Virus record (IMG/VR): IMGVR_UViG_3300032132_000748
Direction: 5' to 3' (one strand)
Source: a virus
Taxonomy: Duplodnaviria > Caudoviricetes
DNA length: 64,000 bases
Position 1 is the stretch's first letter, and each line of letters opens with the position of its first letter. This document shows positions 36,150-45,911 of this stretch, piece after piece. Under the pieces are notes generated by a model, which did not search any database, had not been told where the DNA came from, and saw only the letters and a program-made list of their open reading frames with translations. The position numbers and the translations under genes were made by a program.

Positions 36150-36801
36150 CTGGCTTCCGTTACTCCCAAAAAACCAATTTTCTCTTCTTTTAAGTGATCC
36201 TCCTTATGAAATTAGTAGAGATAATAATTTTGATTCTATGGGTCGTCGAGGAATGGATTTTGGTGAGTGGGATAAAAACTTTAATCAAACGGACTGGATC
36301 AAATTAGCGGAGCCCACTCTCAAGCCTTGGGCTAATGTAGTTATCTGGAATGACTGGAAAAAATTAGGGACTATTGCTACTTTTCTTGAAGAAGAACTAG
36401 GCTTTCAGATCAAAACAGTCTTGACGTGGATTAAATCCAACCCAAACCCTGCCAACTGTAAACGTAGATTCCTACAAGGAACAGAACACGCGATTTGGGC
36501 TGTTAAACCTGGTCCGAAAAAGAAAGGTGTATCCTGGACGTATAATGAGAGCTACCATCCTGGCTGGTTTAAGCACTCTGTCATAACTAACTCTAAACAT
36601 CCTACTAAAAAACCTGACGTAATTTTTGAAGAGATAATCAAGAAACTTACTAACCCCGGTGATTGGATCTTAGACCCTTTTGCTGGTGGGGGTACGACCG
36701 CATACGCTGCAGAAAAAACAGGTAGGCAGCACCTCTCAATTGAGCTTGACGAAGCTTATCATAAAATAGCAACGGATCATTGGGGGAAAGCTCTTGTTTA
36801 A
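36097..36801 (+). CDS. DNA N6-adenine/N4-cytosine methyltransferase (beta class)
   Basis: DPPY, HPTKKP, LDPFAGGGTT. Confidence 0.93.
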   Translation: MSTTELTKSQILRGNSLSWLPLLPKNQFSLLLSDPPYEISRDNNFDSMGRRGMDFGEWDKNFNQTDWIKLAEPTLKPWANVVIWNDWKKLGTIATFLEEELGFQIKTVLTWIKSNPNPANCKRRFLQGTEHAIWAVKPGPKKKGVSWTYNESYHPGWFKHSVITNSKHPTKKPDVIFEEIIKKLTNPGDWILDPFAGGGTTAYAAEKTGRQHLSIELDEAYHKIATDHWGKALV

Positions 36802-37120
36802 TTTAGGTAATTTTTTAAAGGAAGCGTTTAATCCTGAAGATATCCTCTATCAAAATACGTCTAACTCATTTCTCCCGGAACTTGTGATCAGTCCTACCCT
36901 TAAAAAGGGTATAGATCAAATATCATTAGATTTTTTAACCAGTCTTTATTTTGCTTCTAAAAAATCACAATCGTTACGAGAACAGTCAGAAGTATGGTTT
37001 CTTGAAGAGATAAACCAGGGAATTCATGATGTCTATCCAAATAAATCTCGTAGAGAATACGTCGCTATATTACAACAAATTATAAAAATGTCAGATCCAG
37101 ATTATGGGACGGAGAAATAG
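36794..37120 (+). CDS. Hypothetical protein
   Basis: ORF in operon. Confidence 0.5.
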   Translation: MFNLGNFLKEAFNPEDILYQNTSNSFLPELVISPTLKKGIDQISLDFLTSLYFASKKSQSLREQSEVWFLEEINQGIHDVYPNKSRREYVAILQQIIKMSDPDYGTEK

Positions 37121-37123
37121 ATT

Positions 37124-38095
37124 ATGGAAAGATTACTAATAACTGGTGGAGCGGGATTTATCGGTTCTAACTTTATTCACTATATGCAAAAGAAGCATAA
37201 GAAGCTTGTCATTATGAACTATGACAAACTTACCTATGCAGGTAACCTTAATAATTTAAAAGACATAGACGTAACACGATATACATTCTGTAAGGGAGAC
37301 ATAGTTCTTGAAGAGGATTTTAAGACTGCTGTTAAAGCGTTTAACCCTGATGCTATTGTTGCTTTCGCAGCAGAAAGTCACGTAGATAATTCAATTGATG
37401 ATCCTCAACTCTTTATCACTACAAACGTCTTAGGTTCTGAAAATATTTTAAGAGTTTCCAGAGATTTAGGAATTAAAAAAATAGTTCATATCTCTACTGA
37501 TGAGGTGTATGGCAGTTTAGACGCACCCATAGAAGCAAACGAAAATTTCACATTTAAACCAAATAGCCCCTATTCTGCATCCAAAACTTCTGGAGACCTT
37601 TTCTGTCGCGCCTATTATGTAACCTATGGAACTCCTGTGACTGTGATCCGTGGTAGTAATTGCTACGGGCCTCGCCAGCACCCGGAAAAACTAATTCCGA
37701 AGTCTATTACCAATCTCCTATCGGACAAGCCTGTATCGATTTACGGGGACGGTAAACAGATCAGGGAATGGATATATACCGAAGATTTCTGTAGCGGGGT
37801 AGAAACAGCTTTACTTAGAGGTAAGCCAGGAGAGGCTTATAACTTAGGTGGTGGCAAAGATAACAGAATTTTCAATTTAGACATTGCTTGTGAGTTACTC
37901 CAAAACCTTAATTTGGACAAAGAAAGTAATATTGAATATGTTGCAGACAGACCCGGCCATGACATGAGATACGCACTTAATAGTAATAAATTAAAGGCTT
38001 TAGGTTGGCAACCAAAGTATAGCCTTACTACCGGGCTCAAAAATACTGTTGAATGGTATAAGAAAAATGAGTGGTGGTGGAAACCTTTGATTTAA
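37124..38095 (+). CDS. rfbB: dTDP-glucose 4,6-dehydratase
   Basis: TGGAGFIG, AAESHVD, STDEVYG, YSASK, DRPGHD.RY. Confidence 0.95.
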   Translation: MERLLITGGAGFIGSNFIHYMQKKHKKLVIMNYDKLTYAGNLNNLKDIDVTRYTFCKGDIVLEEDFKTAVKAFNPDAIVAFAAESHVDNSIDDPQLFITTNVLGSENILRVSRDLGIKKIVHISTDEVYGSLDAPIEANENFTFKPNSPYSASKTSGDLFCRAYYVTYGTPVTVIRGSNCYGPRQHPEKLIPKSITNLLSDKPVSIYGDGKQIREWIYTEDFCSGVETALLRGKPGEAYNLGGGKDNRIFNLDIACELLQNLNLDKESNIEYVADRPGHDMRYALNSNKLKALGWQPKYSLTTGLKNTVEWYKKNEWWWKPLI

Positions 38096-38125
38096 CTTCG
38101 AATCATTTGCTATACTTAGACTATC

Positions 38126-38599
38126 ATGGGATACACTAGATTAGGACAATTAGTTCAGACTCAACAGCAGACTTATAGACAAGCCTACCGTTTCCCTCCC
38201 GTATACATGCCCTATGGACATCCCGCCGCTTATGCTGCAGCACAGCAGCGACAACAGGCTAATGTTGATCCAGAGGAAGTACAGAAGGCTATCTATAAAG
38301 ATCTCACAAAAGAGATTAAAAAAGAGCCTTCGGCTGCGGGGACGGAACCTCAGAAAATTCTAAAGCTCAGCTCGGGCCTCGAAGTTCCGCAGTATATAGT
38401 TCAAAGAGACGTTGCTAGAAAGAAGAATGATAAGTTAGCCGCCGAAGCTGCAGCTAAAGGCCCGCCTCCTGAAATTCCACCTATTTTTTACACAATAGGT
38501 GTGTTTGCATCAGAACAACCAGCGATGGCTTCGATCATAGCCGTGGGTTTGGGTGCTGTTGCGGGCAACGTTTATTTTAACTCCCGAAAAGACCATTAA
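38126..38599 (+). CDS. Tail-anchored protein
   Basis: RLGQL N-terminus; hydrophobic C-terminus. Confidence 0.65.
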   Translation: MGYTRLGQLVQTQQQTYRQAYRFPPVYMPYGHPAAYAAAQQRQQANVDPEEVQKAIYKDLTKEIKKEPSAAGTEPQKILKLSSGLEVPQYIVQRDVARKKNDKLAAEAAAKGPPPEIPPIFYTIGVFASEQPAMASIIAVGLGAVAGNVYFNSRKDH

Positions 38600-38648
38600 T
38601 ATTTCAACATTAGTACACACTTTTGTATAATAGACTAGAGGTGTATAA

Positions 38649-40208
38649 ATGTATAGTTCTCCATTCGGATCTATTTTCGGGCAAGACGATTCTGCCCCTA
38701 AAGCTGCCCCACCCAAGGCTGTAACTAAACCTGCTCCAAAAAAGCAGTCCGCTAAAATTATGCGCGAAATGCAAGAGCGTATGGAAAGTGTGGAAAAAGA
38801 AGAGGTTTATAAACCGGGCCAAACGAAGGGCAAGGATTCTGATAAGAAAAAACTCTTTGACAACACTCTTCCCCAATTTAGAGCAGAAGTTGAGGTGGAG
38901 AGTAAAAACCCTGAAGTTCGTAACGAGCAAGCCAAGTTCGCATTAGAAAAAATGCAAACAAAGTATGCGGCTGTTAAAAGAAAACTAGCAGAACTCAAGA
39001 GAAAACATGCCTCTGCACGCCTATATAATGATATGTTGGTGCAATACACCCAATTAGACCCCCAACACAAGCAAGATATAACCGGCTGGCTTAATCAAAA
39101 TATTGATGCGGTTAAGCAACTCGCTTCAGCTAGAAAACTTAAAAAGCTGACCAAAGACACAAAAGAAGCGGCTAGGGCCACTGATTTAGAGATTAAGCAT
39201 CTTGAAAAATTATCTGAGATAAAAGATACCGGAGTTAATGTTACCGGGGGAAGAACCCTTAAGAGCTTTAGAACTAAGGGTATGAAAAAAATACAAGATT
39301 CGTCAATCTCAGCCGATACCGGCCCCCTACCTAAGCTTGGAGGAAAAGTTTCTCTCAAGGATATAGTTCGCCTAGGAAACCGAGGGGTTTCTGAAATTCA
39401 AGGCTATGGAGAGGACGTTGATGAATTCGCCAGCCAAACAGAACGACCTTCAAAAAAGATCCCTAAAAAGGAAAAAGATGTCGTTCTTACCAGAAAGCTA
39501 GCTAAGCAACTTCACAAAAAGGACAGTTTCAAAGAACTCTTTGCTAAGGGGTTGAAGGGCAAGCGATATTACATGAATCAGCGTAAGTCTCGCGGGAAGG
39601 TTGAAAGACTTGAACATGGAACAGAACTGGCTCTGCTAGATCGCATGCAAATTAAATGGAAGCTTGAAAAACTTGAGACAAGAGTTAATAAAGAGCTAAG
39701 TGCTTACAAGGATACTCAAAAATCCATAAAGGGTTTAATATCTAAAGTCAAGAATAGCGGTGTTGAAGGTGGTAAGGTTACGACAGTGATTGGGATCCTA
39801 TCTGAAGCACGCCCAGAAAAATTTGTAGCCTCCGCTACACTACTCGACGCCCTCAAGAACTCTTTCAAACAACTATCACAGCTCGGATATTTTGGTCAGG
39901 AAGCTAAAACTCCTTCACAGGAAGCTAAAACTCTTCTTGCTACCTCAGCTAAAGAGTCAGAAGACGCAATAAGAGAGCTTGAAAGCCGCCAAAATGCAGC
40001 AGCTAAGCTTAAAGCAAAAGTAGAAGATAAACCTGCCCCAGCACCTGTTAGAACGCCAACTCCTGTTATTATTATTCAAATTAAGCAAGAACTTGAACAA
40101 CAAGAACAGGCGCAGCAAAAGAAAGAAGATACAATTAAAAAAGCAGGCACCATATTTCCTCTACTAATCGGTGGACTTATCCTGTATAAGATACTGGTAG
40201 GTAACTAA
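38649..40208 (+). CDS. Large basic coiled-coil protein with C-terminal TM
   Basis: FGSIFGQ, QGYGE, LGYFGQ motifs; IFPLLIGGLILYKIL. Confidence 0.75.
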   Translation: MYSSPFGSIFGQDDSAPKAAPPKAVTKPAPKKQSAKIMREMQERMESVEKEEVYKPGQTKGKDSDKKKLFDNTLPQFRAEVEVESKNPEVRNEQAKFALEKMQTKYAAVKRKLAELKRKHASARLYNDMLVQYTQLDPQHKQDITGWLNQNIDAVKQLASARKLKKLTKDTKEAARATDLEIKHLEKLSEIKDTGVNVTGGRTLKSFRTKGMKKIQDSSISADTGPLPKLGGKVSLKDIVRLGNRGVSEIQGYGEDVDEFASQTERPSKKIPKKEKDVVLTRKLAKQLHKKDSFKELFAKGLKGKRYYMNQRKSRGKVERLEHGTELALLDRMQIKWKLEKLETRVNKELSAYKDTQKSIKGLISKVKNSGVEGGKVTTVIGILSEARPEKFVASATLLDALKNSFKQLSQLGYFGQEAKTPSQEAKTLLATSAKESEDAIRELESRQNAAAKLKAKVEDKPAPAPVRTPTPVIIIQIKQELEQQEQAQQKKEDTIKKAGTIFPLLIGGLILYKILVGN

Positions 40209-40639
40209 TGGCAACATATGAATACGCAAGCGCCCAGACAAGCCGCCTTGGAGAATTTCAAATAGCTCAAGGAGAGCGAGCATTTGGAGAATTCGGGCAA
40301 AGTGACGTTGTCGCGGGAATTAATGCAGTCGGTAATGCAGTTAATGGCATTGTAGGCTCCATAACTAGGGCTAGTGTACTCAAAACGCAGTCCAAAGACA
40401 GACGAAAAATTGCTCTCCATGTTGCAACAGAAAACACTAAAAAACTTGATATTCAAACTAGAGGTGCGGTGGAGCAAAAAGCCATCGAAGTAGAGCAAAC
40501 TAAGGCTACCCTAGGATCAATCTCTAAGCTTGTTCTAGTGGGAGGAAGCGTATTCATAGGAGTGATAATTGCCGGGGCCGTGGCCTATAAAGTAGCGGCA
40601 GGAGACTCAGGAGAATACGACCTAGAATACGCATACTAG
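40208..40639 (+). CDS. Membrane protein, FGEFG family
   Basis: LGEF, FGEFGQ; C-terminal TM. Confidence 0.7.
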   Translation: MATYEYASAQTSRLGEFQIAQGERAFGEFGQSDVVAGINAVGNAVNGIVGSITRASVLKTQSKDRRKIALHVATENTKKLDIQTRGAVEQKAIEVEQTKATLGSISKLVLVGGSVFIGVIIAGAVAYKVAAGDSGEYDLEYAY

Positions 40640-40648
40640 GAGGTACGG

Positions 40649-41014
40649 ATGTATGTTACAGAATCCAGCCAACTAGGTGAATTTGGTGAATTTGGAATAA
40701 TCATCCAAGGCATCGTAGCTGCCGTACAAGGAGTTACTCTAGGGGCTGCAGCGGCAGTCGAGCATCAGGGAGTCAAAAAGTATCTCAAAAAGGAAGGGCG
40801 AACTTTTCAAATAGAGAGAGACGAAGCCCTCAAAGTAACAAAGCAACATCTGGCCAATAAAGAACGTCTTTTACGCGTCCAAGGACAGATAGAACTCACA
40901 AAAGATGCAAATGTTAAGAAATTAGTTATACTAGGTAGTGTGACTTTAACTGTAGTAACTCTTGTTGGATTAGGTGCTTATTACATGGTGTCCGTGGGAG
41001 ATGACGATGAGTAA
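40649..41014 (+). CDS. Membrane protein, FGEFG family
   Basis: LGEFGEFG; C-terminal TM; GGAGG RBS. Confidence 0.7.
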   Translation: MYVTESSQLGEFGEFGIIIQGIVAAVQGVTLGAAAAVEHQGVKKYLKKEGRTFQIERDEALKVTKQHLANKERLLRVQGQIELTKDANVKKLVILGSVTLTVVTLVGLGAYYMVSVGDDDE

Positions 41015-41354
41015 CTTTGGCCAAATAATGGCTATCTTTGACACAGTCAACAGAGCAGGTGCCTTAACCTCCCATACTATAATTCAGAACAAAAAACTTA
41101 AAGGTGAACAAAAACTTGCTAGCCAACGAATTTCTAGCCAAGAACGCCTATCCAAGCTCGGAATTGATTTTCAAGGGAAAGAGCTAGAAGCCAAACTAAT
41201 TATCTCTCAACGAAGAGATAAGTTATTTAAAGATATTGCCCTTTATGCTGGTATAGGTATTGGAACAATTGCTATGATAATAACAGTAGGGGTGCTTTTT
41301 GTTGGAGCAAAGAGAGAAGATCAATACGAATATATGGAGGAAATAGTAGTTTAA
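41007..41354 (+). CDS. Membrane protein, likely paralog of the two upstream genes
   Basis: SNFGQ; C-terminal TM plus acidic tail. Confidence 0.65.
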   Translation: MSNFGQIMAIFDTVNRAGALTSHTIIQNKKLKGEQKLASQRISSQERLSKLGIDFQGKELEAKLIISQRRDKLFKDIALYAGIGIGTIAMIITVGVLFVGAKREDQYEYMEEIVV

Positions 41355-41597
41355 ATGGCCTATTATGAAACATTTGGAGGGTTTGGAAAAGGTTTCGCAC
41401 CGCCGCCCCCACCACCACCAGAGGACCCTACCGCGCCTACCATCACTCCTGAAGAGGAGGCTGCAATATTGCAAGCTACTCTTCCCATCCCAGAGCCAGA
41501 ACCTAGTTTTCTGCGGCGTAATGCTGTTCCACTTTTTGTCGGGGGCGGGATTCTAGTCCTAGGTACCGTAGGCATGCTCTTAATGATCAGAGTATAA
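41355..41597 (+). CDS. Small Pro-rich tail-anchored protein
   Basis: FGGFGKGF; C-terminal TM. Confidence 0.65.
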   Translation: MAYYETFGGFGKGFAPPPPPPPEDPTAPTITPEEEAAILQATLPIPEPEPSFLRRNAVPLFVGGGILVLGTVGMLLMIRV

Positions 41598-41637
41598 AAA
41601 CCTTGTACCTAGTTTCTATTTTTGGTAAAATACTGTT

Positions 41638-42639
41638 ATGGCGTGGAAAGAGCAACTTTTATTTTACAAACAAAGCCCCTATCAGCGTATAGCTTTCTTC
41701 ACGGAGAGTGATGGATCTCTGTCACTAACTCTTGATGATTATTGGCAGTTTAATAGCAAATGTGAGCACATCTATCATGAATGCCTCTTCACAATGCCAG
41801 GACTTTTCCCTAAGAACCTCAAAAACGTTCTGATTCTTGGTGGTGGTGATGGTTTGGGTGTGCGAGAGCTGCTTAAATACAAAACAGTCGAACATATTGA
41901 TATGGTAGATCTTGACCCTGAGATGATCAAATTTGCTAAGACAAATATCTTCATGAAGAATCTAAATAAAGATAGCATGAATAACCCTAAATTAAAGGTA
42001 GAGGTTACTGACGCTAAAAAATGGTTGGCTAAGCCAGTAACTAGAAAATATGATCTAGTTATTGTAGATTTCCCGGATCCAACGTCGGACCTCTTATGGA
42101 CTCTATATACTAAAGAACTTTACGGACAAATAGCCAGCAGGCTATCTAAAACCGGTATAGTTGCTATTCAGTCATCTACATATAACACAAAGACATTTGA
42201 ATTAATTTATGACAAATTAGATAAGGTATTTCCGTTCATTTTGGGTTACCACACAGGAGCCTCATCTGTATTTTGTGGATTTTTCCTAACTTCCTTTACT
42301 CCGATCAAAATGCAGCGTCCTATTCCGGTAAGCTGTCGCTGGTTGAAACCAGAATTGATCAATATGATACTTGGGCTACCCGTTGCTAACTCTAAAACTA
42401 AAAAGAAAAAATCCAGGCAGATACTTGACCCCGACAAGCTGGTCCTCAGAGCAAAACCCCAACTCAAAGGTCCAGCTAGTTTAGGTGAGCTAGGTCAGCC
42501 AGACCCTAATTTTTTCCCAGATAAAAATCCCATTAACGTACCACAGGAAGGTCCTTCCTTGTTTGCCAGCCCTGTCGTTAAGGGAGGGCTTGCAGTAGCG
42601 TTCATTATTCCGTTACTCTTGAAGGTGATGGGTAAGTAA
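41638..42639 (+). CDS. speE: Spermidine synthase with C-terminal LGELG motif and TM
   Basis: VLILGGGDG, VDLDP, YDLVIVDFPDP, LYTKELY. Confidence 0.9.
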   Translation: MAWKEQLLFYKQSPYQRIAFFTESDGSLSLTLDDYWQFNSKCEHIYHECLFTMPGLFPKNLKNVLILGGGDGLGVRELLKYKTVEHIDMVDLDPEMIKFAKTNIFMKNLNKDSMNNPKLKVEVTDAKKWLAKPVTRKYDLVIVDFPDPTSDLLWTLYTKELYGQIASRLSKTGIVAIQSSTYNTKTFELIYDKLDKVFPFILGYHTGASSVFCGFFLTSFTPIKMQRPIPVSCRWLKPELINMILGLPVANSKTKKKKSRQILDPDKLVLRAKPQLKGPASLGELGQPDPNFFPDKNPINVPQEGPSLFASPVVKGGLAVAFIIPLLLKVMGK

Positions 42640-43010
42640 TGGAACAACAAGATATACATAATACTGAAGCAACCCACTACGTCGTAGATTTTTATCAAAT
42701 AAAAAACGGGTCCTTACTTGATGATATGGATTTTTGTCTTACTGCAGTAAAAGACGCGGTCAACGCGGCTGGTTGTGGTATTTTGAATGAATTTTCCCAT
42801 AAATTTCATCCCCAAGGAGTCAGCATCAATCTAACTCTATCTGAAAGTCACTGCGCTATTCATACTTGGCCGGAGAGGGGTTACTGCGCCATAGATTTGT
42901 ATGGGTGTGGTGACGTGGATCTTCAAGCAGGAATTGATCTTTTTGCGGAAAGGTTTCAACCGGGTAAATCTGTAGTTCAAAAAATTAAAAGAGGTCACGA
43001 GCATGATTAA
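42639..43010 (+). CDS. speD: S-adenosylmethionine decarboxylase proenzyme
   Basis: F.PQGVS, LSESHCAIHTWPE, D.Y.CG. Confidence 0.93.
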   Translation: MEQQDIHNTEATHYVVDFYQIKNGSLLDDMDFCLTAVKDAVNAAGCGILNEFSHKFHPQGVSINLTLSESHCAIHTWPERGYCAIDLYGCGDVDLQAGIDLFAERFQPGKSVVQKIKRGHEHD

Positions 43011-43410
43011 ATTCGATGATGCAAAGTCTGACGACGAAAAAAAGATCGAACGCTCCTCTGAAATACTCTCTCGTACTATCCCAGAACAAACTGAAGATGC
43101 AATGAGTGACTACACTGCCGTGTTAGCTATCCTTAGAAAAGGGAAAGATTGGAGATTTGAGCCTCTGGTAAAGATGCTTGAAGACGTTTACATCTATCCT
43201 CGCAGAAGTGCCCATAACGAACTTGTAAGTGAGCTAAATGATCTCAAAGAGACACTATTAGAAGAAAGAATACAGAGAGTTCTTTCAAGCAAAGAAGCTA
43301 GTAAGCATTCTCAAAAATTCTTAGGGGATAATAAGCCTGCTAGTAAGATTACTCTTTGGAGAGTCTTGGTTGTTGGGGCGCTGGCCTACCTATTGTTTGG
43401 GCGAAAATAG
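43003..43410 (+). CDS. Tail-anchored membrane protein
   Basis: LWRVLVVGALAYLLFGRK. Confidence 0.65.
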   Translation: MIKFDDAKSDDEKKIERSSEILSRTIPEQTEDAMSDYTAVLAILRKGKDWRFEPLVKMLEDVYIYPRRSAHNELVSELNDLKETLLEERIQRVLSSKEASKHSQKFLGDNKPASKITLWRVLVVGALAYLLFGRK

Positions 43411-43961
43411 TGAAAATACCGCGTAGTCCTCAAATCTTGCGCCCCCTACCTTATGCTTATGACGCCATAGAACCTGTTCTCAGTGCCGAAGCTATGCTTA
43501 TACATCACGTAAATCATCAAGGCGGTTATGTTAAAAAATTTAATAAGCTACTAAAGAATGGAGGATCAGAAGAAGATTTAGAATTTAATTACTCTGCCCA
43601 CATCCTACACACCTTATATTTTAACAACCTTGCCTCACCCCACTCTACCCACCCCGGACCAAAATTCCTTGCCAGCTTCCCCTCTGCTGAGAACTGTCTT
43701 CTTGAGATGCTTCAAGAAGCTTCAAACATTAAAGGCTCAGGCTGGGCTTTACTTGTGGAAGACAATAAGGGTCTTTCTATCAAATCAATCCCTAACCATG
43801 AACTTGGTCGAGTTGTAAATAAGTGTAAACCTATACTGGTATTAGACTTATGGGAACATGCCTGGTATCTAGATTATCAATCTGATAAAGCAGATTTTTT
43901 AGAATCTATTAAGAGTTGTATTAACTGGGATAAAGTAGAATCTCGTTTAGCACAAGTTTAA
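43410..43961 (+). CDS. Fe/Mn superoxide dismutase
   Basis: LPYAYDAIEP, HHVNHQGGYV, H.LH..YF, GSGW, DLWEHAWYLDY. Confidence 0.92.
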   Translation: MKIPRSPQILRPLPYAYDAIEPVLSAEAMLIHHVNHQGGYVKKFNKLLKNGGSEEDLEFNYSAHILHTLYFNNLASPHSTHPGPKFLASFPSAENCLLEMLQEASNIKGSGWALLVEDNKGLSIKSIPNHELGRVVNKCKPILVLDLWEHAWYLDYQSDKADFLESIKSCINWDKVESRLAQV

Positions 43962-43978
43962 ATTTAGTATAATACAGC

Positions 43979-44401
43979 ATGAGTAGATTCGGCGTAGTTC
44001 CAGACCCATACAGTGTATTTAATCCACCGGATTACTGGACACAAATGATTGACGACCCCACCCAGGTTCCGGTCCAAATTAACCCGTATGGTGGAGGATA
44101 TGGGCCTCAAGGTCCTTATCCCGGTTTTTATTACGGTCAACGCACGTTCACTCCTGAAGATATGCGTAGAGAAGCTCGCCGTAGAGCCGACTATATGGAT
44201 AGGCGCGCTGACGTATCAGAAGACCCTTCGCATAGATACCTTAACCCTGAAGGAAGACTAAAAGGCCCTGCTGGGTCAGTTCTTCGAGCTTTGAGAGCTA
44301 AAAAGAAGGCTCCTGCACAACAGGACATAGTAAAACAAATCCAAAAGAAAGTCATAACAACGGTTCTAATTGGAGCGGTGCTATCCGCACTATTAAAGTA
44401 A
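43979..44401 (+). CDS. Tail-anchored protein
   Basis: ATG 5 nt after TATAAT; hydrophobic C-tail. Confidence 0.65.
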   Translation: MSRFGVVPDPYSVFNPPDYWTQMIDDPTQVPVQINPYGGGYGPQGPYPGFYYGQRTFTPEDMRREARRRADYMDRRADVSEDPSHRYLNPEGRLKGPAGSVLRALRAKKKAPAQQDIVKQIQKKVITTVLIGAVLSALLK

Positions 44402-44402
44402 A

Positions 44403-44714
44403 ATGAAAATTGCGGCGGGGCGGAAAGAAGATCCGTCAGACTTCTCAGTTACCTACTCTATACAAGAAATACTAAGAAGAGCTACAAAAAAACTCAAGAT
44501 ACATGATAGAGGCATCCCCCTTACTTCGGATGTTTTTGGTAGGTTTCCTACTTTGGTAGGGCGGCTACGTCGATTTGGTAAGTGGAATAGGGACGGAGTT
44601 TCTCACGTAAAAGTGTTCTATGATCCCAACTACTATCATAGAAACGCCCATACTGTTCATCTGATGGATCCTATTCACATCTATGCGGTGTTAAAGTATG
44701 CAGGTATTAAGTAG
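44403..44714 (+). CDS. Hypothetical protein
   Basis: ORF in operon. Confidence 0.55.
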   Translation: MKIAAGRKEDPSDFSVTYSIQEILRRATKKLKIHDRGIPLTSDVFGRFPTLVGRLRRFGKWNRDGVSHVKVFYDPNYYHRNAHTVHLMDPIHIYAVLKYAGIK

Positions 44715-45255
44715 TTATTTTATTAACTATCCACTGCTCATCAGGCTTCTTCATCAGTTTTCCTTTAGATATAGTTTGTATGGAAGGTTGCCAAAGATCT
44801 ACTTGTTTTGACACAAAAATTGTATCAGCAGGCATACCATAGTCATATAATCTTTGTGCCATGTGTCGTAATCTGAGATTCAAATAATTTATGTTTGTGG
44901 TTTCAAGAAAATCAAAAACAACAACTGGTGCGTGGTGTTGTATAGTTTCTTCTGTGTGTTCAATTCCCGACATCTCCTGCTCAATGTCTGAATAGGTTAG
45001 TCGAGGTGAGCTATCTTTTGGATATACAATTCCATATTCTCTTTTGTCATCCATATCAAATATTTTATCTATGTGATGAGGATAGACCGAAAATTGTCCT
45101 ACATATAGATTATATTGACCATCGAAAGCGAAGATATGCCTAAATTTTGCATTTTCCCATTGGTTATGGGGGTTAATGTAAAATCCGATGCTACGGAGAA
45201 TCTCTCCTGGGGAATAATACCAGTTGAAAAGTTGACGTAGCTTATCTTTGTCCAC
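44707..45255 (-). CDS. Hypothetical protein
   Basis: ORF only. Confidence 0.6.
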   Translation of the reverse strand: MDKDKLRQLFNWYYSPGEILRSIGFYINPHNQWENAKFRHIFAFDGQYNLYVGQFSVYPHHIDKIFDMDDKREYGIVYPKDSSPRLTYSDIEQEMSGIEHTEETIQHHAPVVVFDFLETTNINYLNLRLRHMAQRLYDYGMPADTIFVSKQVDLWQPSIQTISKGKLMKKPDEQWIVNKITT

Positions 45256-45264
45256 GTCTATAAT

Positions 45265-45591
45265 TTAGACTTTTTTGCGGAGTAAAACCAGCCCTAAAAT
45301 GATAAGGCCGATAGTGGCGAGGCTGGTTTTTGTCTTTTTCTCGGTCTCAAGCTGTCCTAACTCTGTTAGAACGTCACGAGGAGGAAAGTGGCTATCAATA
45401 TAGTACTTATCTACAATAGATTCTGAATCTCCGTAACCTTGAAAAGTACTTCCAGTGTTTACTTTACGTCGAATCTTATTAACGAATCGCGTAAGATCAT
45501 ATTTTCCACGTAAGGATTTTCTAGATTCGTATTTTTTACTAAACTTCATCTCGTCCCTATTTTTTCTCTCAGCTCTATGCTTATATTTCAT
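45265..45591 (-). CDS. Basic tail-anchored protein
   Basis: FQGYGD, ELGQL; C-terminal TM. Confidence 0.7.
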   Translation of the reverse strand: MKYKHRAERKNRDEMKFSKKYESRKSLRGKYDLTRFVNKIRRKVNTGSTFQGYGDSESIVDKYYIDSHFPPRDVLTELGQLETEKKTKTSLATIGLIILGLVLLRKKV

Positions 45592-45911
45592 TAAGCCCCC
45601 TTTAGGCTCTTAACTCTAAAAATCATAGCCACTAACAGGGCAGCAAGAATTGTTTTTGTGCTAAATCCGTAGTATTCATCCGGAAAAATGGCACCTGTTT
45701 TAATTTGAGTGAGTAAGTCGTCTTCCATCCCAAAATCTCCTAATCCTTCTAGCTGTCCGGTAGCGCGCGCTGCGGTAAACGCAGTTCTTTCAATCTTATT
45801 ATGAAATTTACTTACTCCAGAGATTTTTGTTTCTCTATCAGCAAGAGCAACTCCTTTATGGAGTCTTTTCATGATATTTTTGTATTTCATAGCAGAGCCT
45901 GTTAATCTCAT
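45591..45911 (-). CDS. Basic tail-anchored protein
   Basis: LEGLGDFG; C-terminal TM. Confidence 0.7.
   Translation of the reverse strand: MRLTGSAMKYKNIMKRLHKGVALADRETKISGVSKFHNKIERTAFTAARATGQLEGLGDFGMEDDLLTQIKTGAIFPDEYYGFSTKTILAALLVAMIFRVKSLKGA

Noticed and set aside
36097-36801. Restriction-modification system
   Set aside because: No adjacent recognisable restriction endonuclease; treated as an orphan methyltransferase
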